From the NCBI GenBank assembly GCA_973895155.1, contig OZ316896.1:16471752-16535751 (forward strand): DNA of 64,000 nucleotides, read 5' to 3'. The number at the start of each line of letters is the position of its first letter. Position 1 is the first letter of the stretch. The notes beneath the pieces are model-generated. The model worked only from the letters and a program-made list of their open reading frames with translations. It ran no database searches and was not told the origin of the DNA. Source of the DNA: Marsupella aquatica (lineage: Eukaryota > Plantae > Marchantiophyta). Made by a program: the position numbers and the translations under genes. This document shows, one piece after another, positions 12,484-24,358 of this stretch.

Positions 12484-14819
12484 TGCTTCAATCCATACAA
12501 TCCATACAAGGACTTGAGCAATCTGCAAACTAAGTTCTTTTGGCCCTTCTTCATAAAGCCTAGTGGTTGTCTCATGAAGATCAACTCTTCCAAGTTGCCA
12601 TAGAGAAAAGTAGTAATAACGTCCATCTGATCCATTACCAGACCAAAAAACACAACAAGTTAATACAAGATCCGAATTGTGGAATACTTAGCCACCGGTG
12701 AAAAGACCTCATTCTAATCCACTCCTTTCTCCTGAGTGAATCCCTTGGCAACAAGCCTTGCCTTGTAGATCTTGTCTCCACCCTCTGAAGAACTGTCCTT
12801 CAACTTATAAATCCACTTGCTGTCCACTACTTGCTGACCTCTTGGAAGCTCCACCAGCTCCCATGTCTTGTTGTCACTCAAAGATTACAACTCCCTCTGC
12901 ATTGCTGCATTCCACTCATGCTTTTGCTCTGAAGCACAAGCCTCACTATATCGAAGAAGGCTCTCCTTCTTCCAAGATCAAAGCCATGTCATCTTCATCA
13001 GGTGCAATGTCAATATCATCTAGCTTAGATGAGTTTGTCCATTGACCATATCTGGTAGGAGCTCTAGTAGAACGACTAGAACTTCTTCTAGTAGATGACT
13101 CAGGCTGATCTATTGCTGCTGCTGGCTGAATTTGAGGTACCCCAACAACAATCTTCTCCTCTTGTTCCATCACAGGAACCAGCTCCAAGCCTGGAGCTTC
13201 TCCATCTCTCCTGTCATGAACAGCATCATGACTAATCTCCCCCTCAACCCGGTTCGGGATGGGAGATTTCCCCTTGTCAGTATGGGAGTCTTGAGAACTC
13301 TCCCCCTCCTTTGATGATCTGGATTCATTAAAGAACACATCTCTACTGACAATTAGCTTATAGGTTACTGGATCCCATAACCTATAACCCTTCACACCTT
13401 TCTGATAGCCAAGGAAAATGTACTTCTTTGACTTGGACTCCAGCTTGGATCAAAGCTGGGAAGGTGTAAGTACATAAGCATCACATCCAAAAATCCTCAG
13501 ATGTGAGTAATCTGCTGGACGCCCGTACCTCATTTCAAATGGCGTCTTGAATCCCATAGAATTGGATGGAGAAAAATTTACCAAATAAGTTGCAGTGTTG
13601 ACAGCTTCAGCCCAAAACTCATATGGTAAGCATGATTGACTCAACATACTCCTCGGGCGGTCCAATAGTGTTCGGTTGAGTCTCTTAGAAACACCATTCT
13701 GTTGAGGAGTATAACTTGTTGTGAGATGGCGGGTAATCCCCTGCTCCTTACAATACGTTCCAAATTCACCAGAATTGTATTCACCACCGTTATATCTCAC
13801 CTTATTACCAGTCTGATTCTCAACTTGGGCTTTCCACTCCTTAAAAGTGGCAAAAACATCAGACTTATTGTGTAGAAAGTATATCCACACATACCTTGAG
13901 TAATCGTCAATGAACGTGACATAGTATAACCGTCCAGAATGTGAGGGAGTAGGGGCTGGACCCCACACATCACTATGTACATACTCAAGTACCTCCTTGC
14001 TGGTGTGAGCTCCAACTCCGAAGGGTTTCCTATGCTGCTTCCCAAACACACAGTGCTCACAAAATTCCAACTTACAAGACTGCAAATTAGAAAGTAATCT
14101 TTTTTTCTGAAGAATAGCCAAACTTTTTTCACTCATATGACCCAAACGGAAGTGCCACAGTCGGACCGTCTCCTCATGAGATAAGGTTACATTGGCTTCA
14201 TCACAGACTACACTGCCCTGCAAAACGTATAGATTGCTATGTCTCTTTCTCTTCAATACAACTTTAGTACCAGTTGAAATCTCAAGGACACCATTAGCAA
14301 AACTCCACTGATGGCCATTTGCTTCTAAAACTTCAAGTGAATGAGATTTTTCATCATGCTGGGAATATGTCTCACATTCCTCAACGTTCTCACAGCATCA
14401 TCAAACATCTGAAATCTTACAGATCCAAGTCCAACAACCTGACATGGGATTCCATTTCCCATCAACACTGACCTGTTGGAAATCGTGTAAGAAATGAAAA
14501 AATCTCTCCTAGAACAAATGTGAAAAGTACATGCACTATCTAGAATCCAGTCATCACTACCTAGATTTGACACTACGTTGAGAGTATAATCTTGGCATCA
14601 TAATATGTCATCATCATCGAGTAAATCTACCTCATGCGAGCTCGATGCCGCATTAGCAGATGCAGTAGGGACGTTTACTCGACAATCCCTTTTCATGTGG
14701 CCTGGCTTGCCACAATTCCAACATGCAAGAGGCTTCCTCTCTTACAATTTCCCTCTGGATTTAGATCTCCCCCGTGATGTAGATCTAAACCTGTTCTGCC
14801 CATTCGTGCGCTGCGCTGC
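12484..14819 (-). pseudogene. Ty1/copia gag C-terminus, protease, integrase and start of RT (disrupted, 3'-truncated)
   Basis: Zinc knuckle CWNCGKPGHMKRDC; protease WILDSACTFH; GAG-pre-integrase LWHFRLGH; integrase VHSDVWGP, TPQQNGV, FWAEAVNTA; KGYRLWD; RT start YKARLVAKGFTQ. Stops and frameshifts present; no RNase H or 3' LTR. Confidence 0.93.
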
Positions 14820-15649
14820 TGTAATACAGTACATTAGTTAGAAATGATAGAAAAATTATAAATTTTGAACTTTTTCTAAGTCAATGGTGCAGTATAGTTA
14901 CTTTTGTAACAATTTAGATTAACTGAACACTTTACCTAATGTCATGCTACACCGGAGACTACTTCCTATTCTGAATATTGAACGACATGCCACTAGTAGA
15001 AAATGGGGTCTTTTATGACTATGATACATATGATTGTTGTGCCCAAATGACAATATATTTTAATGACAGAACATGAATGACACATAAATGACTATCTATA
15101 ATGACAGGGTGAAAAAATGACTAATAATTGCAATAGGGTCATTTAAACCAATGAGCCAAATGACCGTGACTACTATAATGACAACACCAATGAGTTGTAG
15201 TCATTTTGGACAATCTTTGTCAATGACACAAATGACAATAACCTTGTCATATCAATGTTTGACATTTGGGAAGTCATTTAGGACGACGGTGACTAATGAC
15301 TACTAAAACAAATTTGGAAATATCACTATTTAAAAATTTTAGTAGTCATTTAAACCTAAAGTGATAAATGACATGATAAACAATATATGACTATTTTGAG
15401 GTCTAGGGTTTTAGTATATGATTTAACTTTGTAGGGTATTATATATTAGCTATCCAACACGCATGGTACTATAAAGACTAGGGGCACACACAAATTAGAT
15501 TTTAAATATATTTTGAGACTTAATAGATAACATTATCTGGTGTAGGTTTAGGGTTTAGGTGCTAGATGTCTGTATTTGCTATTGTCATTTTTCCAATTAT
15601 GCGGACTGTTATTTGCAAAGAATTATAAGTCATTTATGCTTTCACTCAA

Positions 15650-18600
15650 TTTTCTAGTCATTTGACAAGTGCCACTAAATGACATGAAAATAAGTCATTT
15701 GAGATATCAATGTTGTGGTCATGTATGTCATGCACAATATGACTCCTAAGGGCCTTCGGTGTCTGATTGGCCATAATGGTGATAGGGGCCAACCATTAGG
15801 GATGCTACCCACTCCACATGGTACCGGATATAGAAGGCATAAACTCTGGGCCACTAGTTATCAGGATTTGGCCTCGTTATAGTTTTTATGACCCAACAAC
15901 TTTTCACTTTGAAAGGGCATCACCCAACTTTCGGCAAAACACTCGCAAGTTGTATGACTTTGGAGTCATTTACCCAAACAATTGCAAACCACACTCATTT
16001 TGTCATTTGTAAAGGATTTTGGGTCATTTGTGCGTGTGAATGAATATTTTTGTCATTTATGCAGTCTTTTGCACCTTTAAAACACACATTTTGCACCTTA
16101 GAAGAGCATCACCCAACTTTGGGCAAAACACTCCCAAGTTGTATGACTTTGGAGTCATTTGCTTGAAGGGATGCAAACCACTATTGCTTGGTCATTTGGA
16201 ACAGAATTAGAGTCATTTGTGCACGTGACTAAGGGTTTTTGTCATTTTGGGAGTGCCGAGAGACGTCATTTGTGCAAATGACATATAAATCAATCATTCA
16301 TGATGTCAATATTGCAGTCATGCATGCCATGGGTAATATGACTTGTTTGGGCCGTCGGAGACTAATTGACAATATTTGTGATTTTAGCCGGCCATTAGGG
16401 ATGCTATCCACTCCACATGGTGCAGGATAGGGTACTCTCAAACCTTGCGTCACTAGTTATGCCACTTTGCCTCCTAAAGGTTTTTTGTAGCCAACTTTTT
16501 GCACCTTAGAAGGGAGTCACCCAACTTTGGGCAAAACACTCCCAAGTTGTATGACTTTGGAGTCATTTGCTTGAAGGGGTGCAAACCACTCACATTTGGT
16601 CATTTGGAAAGGATTTAGAGTCATTTGTGCGCATGACTAAGGGTTTTTGTCATTTTGGGAGTGCTGAGAAACGTTATTTGTATCAATCTATTCATTAAAA
16701 GTGAATTATTATTCAATTTATGAACATTTGGGCACTAGAAAGTGTACATTTGGCCTTCAAAAAGTGTACAATTGGGCAAGAAATAAAGTTGATGGCCATC
16801 AAATGTACCACCATGTTCATCCTTTGTAAATGAACTAGGATGAGACTCCTTATAGTCAAGATCATTTTTGCCCCCTCAGGTTTACAATTGATCATTTGGG
16901 TGTAGAGTATTGCATCACAGTGTACCTTTTGGGTTTAAAAAGTGTACATTTAGAGACCCAAAAGTGAACATTTAGAGGCCTAAAAGTGAACAAAATAATA
17001 TACACTTTTAATGAATAGGGTGATTTGTGCAAATGACACATAAATCAGTCATTTATGATGTCAATATTGCAGTCATGCATGCCATGGGTAATATGACTTG
17101 TTTGGGCCGTCGGGGACTGATTGGCAATATTTGTGATTGTAGCCAGCCATTAGGGATGCTATCCACTCCACATGGTGCGGGATAGGGTACTCTCAAACCT
17201 TGCGCCACTAGTTATGCCACTTTGCCTCCTAAAGGTTTTTTGTAGCCAACTTTTTGCACCTTGGAAAGGAGTCACCCAACTTTGGGCAAAACACTCCCAA
17301 GTTGTATGACTTTGGAGTCATTTGCTTGAAGGGGTGCAAACCACTCACATTTGGTCATTTGGAAAGGATTTAGAGTTATTTGTGCACGTGACTAAGGGTT
17401 TTTGTCATTTTGGGAGTGCTGAGAGACGTCATTCGTGCAAATGACACAAAACTCAGTCATTCATGATGTCAATGTTGCAGTCATGCATGCCATGGGTAAT
17501 ATGACTTGTTTGGGCCGTCGGGGGCTGATTAGCAATATTTGTGATTGTAGCCGACCATTAGGGATGCTATCCACTCCACATGGTGCTGGATAGGGTACTC
17601 TCAAACCTTGCGCCACTAGTTATGCCACTTTGTCTCCTAAAGGTTTTTTGTAGCCAACTTTTTGCACCTTGGAAGGGAGTCACCCAACTTTGGGCAAAAC
17701 ACTCCCAAGTTGTATGACTTTGGAGTCATTTGCTTGAAGGGGTGCAAACCACTCACATTTGGTCATTTGGAAAGGATTTAGAGTCATTTGTGCACATGAC
17801 TAAGGGTTTTTGTCATTTTGGGAGTGCTGAGAGACGTCATTTGTGCAAATGACACATAAATCAATCATTCATGATGTCAATGTTGTAGTCATGCATGCCA
17901 TGGGTAATATGACTTGTTTGGGCCGTCGGGGGCTGATTGGCAATATTTGTGATTGTAGCCGGCCATTAGGGATGCTTTTCACTCCACATGGTGCGGGATA
18001 GGGTACTCTCAAACCTTGCGCCACTAGTTATGCCACTTTGCCTCCTAAAGGTTTTTTGTAGTCAACTTTTTGCACCTTGGAAGGGAGTCACCCAACTTTG
18101 GGCAAAACACTCCCAAGTTGTATGACTTTGGAGTCATTTGCTTGAAGGGGTGCAAACCACTCACATTTGGTCATTTGGAAAGGATTTAGAGTCATTTGTG
18201 CATGTGACTAAGGGTTTTTGTCATTTTGGGAGTGCCGAGAGACGTCATTCGTGCAAATGACACAAAACTCAATCATTCATGATGTCAATGTTGCAGTCAT
18301 GCATGCCATGGGACTTGTTTGGGCCGTCGGGGGCTGATTGACAATATTTGTGATTGTAGCCGGCCATTAGGGATGCTATCCACTCCACATGGTGCGGGAT
18401 AGGGTACTCTCAAACCTTGCGCCACTAGTTATGCCACTTTGCCTCCTAAAGGTTTTTTGTAGCCAACTTTTTGCACCTTGGAAGGGAGTCACCCAACTTT
18501 GGGCAAAACACTCCCAAGTCGTATGACTTTGGAGTCATTTGCTTGAAGGGGTGCAAACCACTCACATTTGGTCATTTGGAAAGGATTTAGAGTCATTTGT

Positions 18601-19620
18601 GCACATGACTAAGGGTTTTTGTCATTTTGGGAGTGCCGAGAGACGTCATTTGTGCAAATGACACATAAATCAGTCATTCATGATGTCAATGTTGCAGTCA
18701 TGCATGCCATGGATAATATGACTTGTTTGGGCCGTCGGGGGCTGATTGGCAATATTTGTGATCGTAGCCGGCCATTAGGGATGCTATCCACTCCACATGG
18801 TGCGGGATAGGGTACTCTCAAACCTTGCGCCACTAGTTATGCCACTTTGCCTCCTAAAGGTTTTTTGTAGCCAACTTTTTGCACCTTGGAAGGGAGTCAC
18901 CCAACTTTGGGCAAAACACTCCCAAGTTGTATGACTTTGGAGTCATTTGCTTGAAGGGGTGCAAACCACTCACATTTGGTCATTTGGAAAGGATTTAGAG
19001 TCATTTGTGCACATGACTAAGGGTTTTTGTCATTTTGGGAGTGCTGAGAGACGTCATTTGTGCAAATGACACATAAATCAGTCATTCATGATGTCAATGT
19101 TGCAATCATGCATGCCATGGATAATATGACTTGTTTGGGCCGTCGGGGGCTGATTGGCAATATTTGTGATCGTAGCCGGCCATTAGGGATGCTATCCACT
19201 CCACATGGTGCGGGATAGGGTACTCTTCAACCCTCGACCACTAGTTATGCCACTTTGTCTCCTAAAGGTTTTTTGTAGCCAACTTTTTGCACCAAGGAAG
19301 GGCACGGCCCAACTTTGGGCAAAACACTCCCATGTTGTATGACTTAGGAGTCATTTACCTAAAGTGGTCCATATCACTCCCATTTGGTCATACCCAAGGG
19401 ATTCTGAGTCATTTTGCGAGTGAGTGCACTTTTTGGTGATTTGTGGAGTCCTCTAATACGTCATTTATGCGTTTGACATGAAAATGAGTCATTGTTGATG
19501 TCAATGCGGCAGTCACGCATGCCATGGACAATATGACTCTTTGGGGGCTTGGATGTGGGATTGGTCAGATTGGTGATAGGAGCCCACCATTAAGGATGCT
19601 ACCCACAAAGAATGTATTGC
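15650..19620. repeat. Tandem array of a 408-bp unit (~8-9 copies, degenerate at both edges) in the CACTA-2 5' region
   Basis: Anchor cacccaactttgggcaaaacactccc at 16110, 16518, 17273, 17681, 18089, 18490, 18898 and ~19306. Spacing is 408 except 755 (MITE insertion) and 401 (7-bp deletion). Confidence 0.95.
16684..17022. mobile_element. 339-bp hAT-like MITE inserted in one array unit
   Basis: TIRs CAATCTATTCATTAAAAGTG / reverse complement CACCCTATTCATTAAAAAGTG. 8-bp TSD ATTTGTAT/ATTTGTGC (array consensus ATTTGTGC). 339+8 equals the 347-bp excess spacing. Internal aaagtgtacattt repeats. Confidence 0.85.
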
Positions 19621-20169
19621 ATTTGGCTATTATGGAGTGCCATGAGTTTAGGTTTTGGGCAATGACTTCAAAACAAGTCATTTATGTTGTCAACCCTAGG
19701 ACTGAGGACTATGAGATTAGTGATTTAATATGTGAGTGACTAATTTTATGAGAATGTTCACCAAATGACTTCTTCACTTAGGTAATTGTGACGTGTCAAT
19801 GAGGATGTACATCCTAAACCTATGCATATGTGCGTAATTTGTTTTGTGTTACATACATATACTATTTAGGAATTTTGGCACCTAGGTTTCCACATCAATG
19901 GGTTTCAAAGGCCACTAGTATATTAAGTTTTTGAGTCACTGGTTATTGTAAATGGTAATACATACTTGTGACAAGTATTTGTGTCATCAAAAAAGCATTT
20001 GGCCCCAAACTTCCTCCATCTCCTAAAATTGATTGGCGAGGGGATAATAATGTTAGAGGGGTATTATGAAACCTGGAGATTGACTCCATTACTACCCTCA
20101 ACATCCCAGTAAAATTCCCGTTGGTGTCCCAAAGCCTTATTTGCCAACCATGTGTCATCCTGTCATGCC

Positions 20170-20570
20170 CCGGCCCTATCTTCCTTGGATCCCACAAAAT
20201 AATGTCTGGCCACATTGGATCCCATTTTCCCATAAGAAATTCAGACATTGGATCCCATTTTCCCACAAGTTCACGTTGGGAGTTTAGCTATTCTCGTGAA
20301 GTTGAGCAGCGAGTGGAGGTTTAGGGTGAATTGAGCGGTGAGTTGAAGTGCGAGGTTTTTGCGATGAGGTGCAAGGTTGCTGCTGAAGATCGGGGCTGAG
20401 CAGTGAGTTGAAGTGCGAGGTCGCTGCTGCGCGCAAGCTCGGTGCTGAGCAGTGAGTTGAGGTGCAAGGGCACTGCTGTGAGGTCACTGCTACGAGGTCT
20501 CTATGAGTTTGTTGCTATGAGGTCGCTGTTGTGAGGTCGCTATGAGGTCGTTGTTGCATTTTAGGGCAAA
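20170..20570. repeat. Short degenerate repeats in the putative CACTA-2 promoter/leader
   Basis: attggatcccattttccca x2-3, then gcagtgagttgaagtgcgagg-like x4 and tgaggtcgct-like x6. Confidence 0.65.
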
Positions 20571-22802
20571 GGAGTTGAGGTCCACTGCGCCTATGTTTCT
20601 TGAAGGTCGTGCATGATGCTCCCCATCTTTTCAGTGTGGATGGAGTGTGGCCCGATCTCTTGCGCTTAGTCTCTGCATTCCATCCGCAAGCCATTCATGA
20701 GGTGGGATTGATCGGTGAGGACGGTGGGATTGATTCAAAGTTGTGCACTGTGAATAGGGAGGCATTTGCGTTTGGGACTAGCTTTGGCTGCGGGTTGTCA
20801 TTAGGGAAAAACCAGGTGAAAGGGACCGAGCTCAAGCTACGCGCACTTGGGCAATGCTAACCGTCCTGCATGTTGGAGCTGCAACGTGAACGAGAGTTTT
20901 GCTCTGCGCCTTTGGCTAGAGCTACGGAGGGAGTTGCTGCAACACCACTGCCGCTACCTGGTACCATTTCATCCACGTCGAATACAACGCGTCTCTGAGG
21001 TATCTTGGATAGTTGTGCATTCTCTGTCCACCTGCTGTGCTTCTTCCCCCTGACGGCCATGCTTTGATTTCATGCTTCCTGTCCCCTTTGCCATGCTGCA
21101 AATTTAGCGCTTTTGCTTCCCCTTTGCTGGATGCTGCCCCTTACAATCGTAAATTGAAGTTCTCCCTTTCCAATGCGCCTAGTATTAGTCCCAACCTCAT
21201 TTGCCATTCAGTTATGTACATCGAGCTTGTGTAAGTGTGTCCCTATTTCCGACCCCTGCCTAAATGTTCTACCTCGAGTACCTTGCTATCTGGTATTTTG
21301 TTGTCTCTCATTTCTGAGTCCTTGTTTGCTGGAATTTGCTCTTTAATCATGAAAAACAAAGATACCAGCATTTTGTACCAGACCTGAGCTGTTGGAATGT
21401 TATTGATCTCTGTACAGGGTTGGGATTGTTGCTTTGTTGGCTTGGGATTCACAGTCCCTGTATAATGTTCACTGATTTATTTCTGTCATTGTCTGGCCAT
21501 GGTCCAAGTTTTGTCTTTTGGTATACTGCGCTTACTATGCAATGTCGTGCAGTATACTCGTTTCCTGCGAATTGAACATTGAGCCAATTGGAGGTGGACA
21601 TTGGAGTTGCAACAACCTACAAGGTTAGTTGTGCTAATCTTGAATCCGTTGTAGTCAGTGCCCCCCTCCCTCACAAAAAGTTGCGGTCCTTTCTATCCCG
21701 GGTCTCTTTTGAATTGAAGACCAAGCTCTGTTTGACAACATCTAATTTCCTATGTAGCGGTAGGTCTCTGTTGCTTTTTTGATGGATTGCTTGCTCAAGC
21801 TTAGGGAGAGAATTGAAATATTTGCCTTCTATCCTACTCCTTCACCTGCGAGCATTGACTTTTTTTAATGTTTTTTCAAAGTAGCCACTAAATACTGTGT
21901 GACTGCTAAGGTTTGCTCGCTATGAGGAGATCCATGATAGTTTTGACTCTTCCCAAATCTTACCTGTGTTGGAACCACATTGGACCTACATATCTGCAGA
22001 GACTAGTTGCTGCCGAGGTGTGATTGGAGCTGCATTCCTGCCTGCATTTCCGCTTGCATCAATTTTGAGGATTCTAAGGAAGATTGGACCTCTGTTTGGT
22101 AGTGGTGCTACCTAACAAGGGTCCAGTGGAGGTGGGCTTGCTCCAGTTTTGCTTGCATTATTGTCGTGTGTCTACTGTCGTTATTGGTTTGTTGTTGAGA
22201 TTATCTGAGAAACCCCCATTGTCTTTAGAAGAGATGTTGGGAGTGATTTGTAGGATGTGTTTGAATTGCAAAATTTTTTGGATTAATTTTTGCTATTCAA
22301 AATTACCTTGTCTGTCTGGTGATCCCATCAAATATAATATGTCTTTGTTGATCCATCACTGAAAAAATCCCGGCTCTACATGGAGTTAAATGAACCAAAG
22401 TAAGAGTTGTTGCTGAGGTTCTACCTGAGCCACTGCATTGAGCCATGTTTGCTCTTCTACTCAATCTCTCGTATTTTGTTTATTTCTCAACACCTCTAAT
22501 AGAAATCGAGTACATAGGAATTTAGAGGCAGCATTGGTAATTCCTTGATTGATCACTACATTTACCAAGTATGCTTAACTTGTTGCTCTCTGCGCAGAAC
22601 ACATAAACCAGAACCAAGTTATTTTTGACATTGCTTCTACTCCGTGAGACTGAGTTGGGCAGGACATCTTCTGACGTGTACTTAAACCTCAGATTACGGT
22701 AAGTACACTATGCATACCATCTTTGTACTTGTTTGTTGCCTTTCTCCATAGACTTCTTGTAATATTTAAGGTAATTGTGTAGATCCACACATCACATCAG
22801 GC

Positions 22803-23501
22803 ATGGCACGGGCTGCTGCTGCCTGGCTGGATCCAAAGTTTGCCCATAAAGAGCACCTTCGCATGGATCCCCCTTGTTGTTTTGAATGTGATGAGGGAGG
22901 TACTGTTTTGTTCTGCGATGGGCCTTGCAGTCGTCATTTCCATTACTTAGTTGCTGGGCAGGATCCCGAGGAGCCTGATGGCCATGGGTCTGAGTGCACA
23001 TGCATTGCCATTTCTAGAGGGCATGATTGGGCCAAGGAGTGGCTCTGTGAACTCTGCCAGCAGAACCGAGGTCGTTGCTTTGCTTGTGGACTACTTGGCC
23101 GAACCCTAAAGCCCACTACAGATGAGCCCCTTGTGGTTCAATGTGCACAAGATGATTGCTTTTCTTTCTATCACGTGGGTTGTCTGCGGACCATACTGAG
23201 GGCAAGGAAGTTGCCTCTCTTGGGGTATGCAGAGAACTTAGATGCACATCCCGCTGCTCTGATATGCCCAAGGCATTATTGTGATGTTTGCAAGGAGTAT
23301 CGGGATGGCATCTGGGAATTTATCCAGTGTCGTAGGTGCCCTCGTGCATGGTGCAGGGATGAGGGACCAGAGGCAGACAAACACCTCAAGAGAGGGGTGA
23401 AGGGTAGAGAAACGTGGGATATTGGACCATGGCGTATGGTGTACTGCAATCGCCATGTCATTCTAGAGGGTTCTGAGGTGCCACCACATGATTTCAAATA
23501 G
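22803..23501 (+). CDS. Intronless EDM2/NSD-type triple PHD-finger protein, CACTA cargo
   Basis: CFECDEGGTVLFCDGPCSRHFH..C..WLCELC...RCFACG..QCAQDDCFSFYHVGC..ICPRHYCDVC..QCRRCPRAW..MVYCNRH. Open 232-aa frame; acceptor AG just upstream; non-coding exon with GTAAGT donor at 22699. Confidence 0.88.
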   Translation: MARAAAAWLDPKFAHKEHLRMDPPCCFECDEGGTVLFCDGPCSRHFHYLVAGQDPEEPDGHGSECTCIAISRGHDWAKEWLCELCQQNRGRCFACGLLGRTLKPTTDEPLVVQCAQDDCFSFYHVGCLRTILRARKLPLLGYAENLDAHPAALICPRHYCDVCKEYRDGIWEFIQCRRCPRAWCRDEGPEADKHLKRGVKGRETWDIGPWRMVYCNRHVILEGSEVPPHDFK

Positions 23502-23559
23502 ATCATAATTAAGCCTTCAGTTGTGTAGAAAACACTACATAGTACAAAGTATACTGAAC

Positions 23560-23830
23560 TTAAAATAGGCTAAGGACTTATGGAAGTATACTGGACATAA
23601 AAAAATGGACTAAAGGGGTACAGTGGAGCACCTGAGTTTTTGGTAATGGAGTACTGTGTCAAGTTGGATTCAATGGACTAAGCTGAATCGGACTAAAGTA
23701 GGATGATTGTATGAAATGGACTAAACTGTTTGATTGTATGAAACGGACTAAATTGTCTGATTGTATGAAGTGGACTACACTGTCTAATGGACTAAACTCA
23801 AATGGACTAAACTATGTGACTGTATGAAAT
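23560..23830. repeat. tggactaaa-core minisatellite downstream of the PHD ORF
   Basis: Many (t/c)ggactaaa motifs, including about 3 copies of a 27-bp unit tggactaaactgtttgattgtatgaaa. Confidence 0.7.
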
Positions 23831-23911
23831 AGTTGAATGCTAAATTGTTGCATGAAATTCATTGAAGTGTTTGGGTTGGATAAGCTATTGCTTCTTGTAT
23901 TTGTTACAGTG

Positions 23912-24358
23912 ATGCCAAGGACGCGCAGCAGCTTGGGAGCTGACCTTGAAGGCAGAGCTGAGAGGCTACGCCTGAAGCTGAGTGGAATGAGGTTGGTCCC
24001 TCCCAGTTCTGCTGTGCAATAGGAGTTTTCGCCTGTACATAGAGACACGTATAGTCGGCCCATTACTCTGGATGCTCCACCCTTGCCCATAGGTTTTTGT
24101 ATTGTGGCAGTTGATAATGGAGTGGTACAACCAGAGCAGATATGCTACTCTACTTGTATCCACAGTTGTGAGGATTTTTGCCCAAAATGTCGAGTGCGCC
24201 CAGGGGATATATATAGGCGGGATGGATACAATAGGCTGTAGAGGAGGTGTGCCTGTATAATGTTCCACCATGATGAGCCAGTCTTGGGACCAGGGGTTGA
24301 GACTGTTTGCCCTAGAGTAGAGCAACACTTACTGGAGAAAGACCAATATCAATTCTGA
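23912..24358 (+). pseudogene. Second CACTA-2 cargo ORF (148 codons, Cys-rich, two in-frame TAG stops), unknown family
   Basis: Single frame MPRTRSS...AVQ*EFSP...CYSTCIHSCEDFCPKCRVRPGD...NRL*RRCACIMFHHDEP...QF*. Preceded by ttgttacAG acceptor. Confidence 0.45.

Noticed and set aside
15650-19620. Repeat array as CRISPR-like or coding (ORFs 16239, 18619)
   Set aside because: Units are contiguous with no unique spacers, the context is eukaryotic, and the short ORFs are by-products of the repeat.
20960-20995. catccacgtcgaata shared with the transposase start (~25401), HPRRI in both
   Set aside because: Only about 15 nt with no flanking similarity; insufficient to call a duplicated exon.
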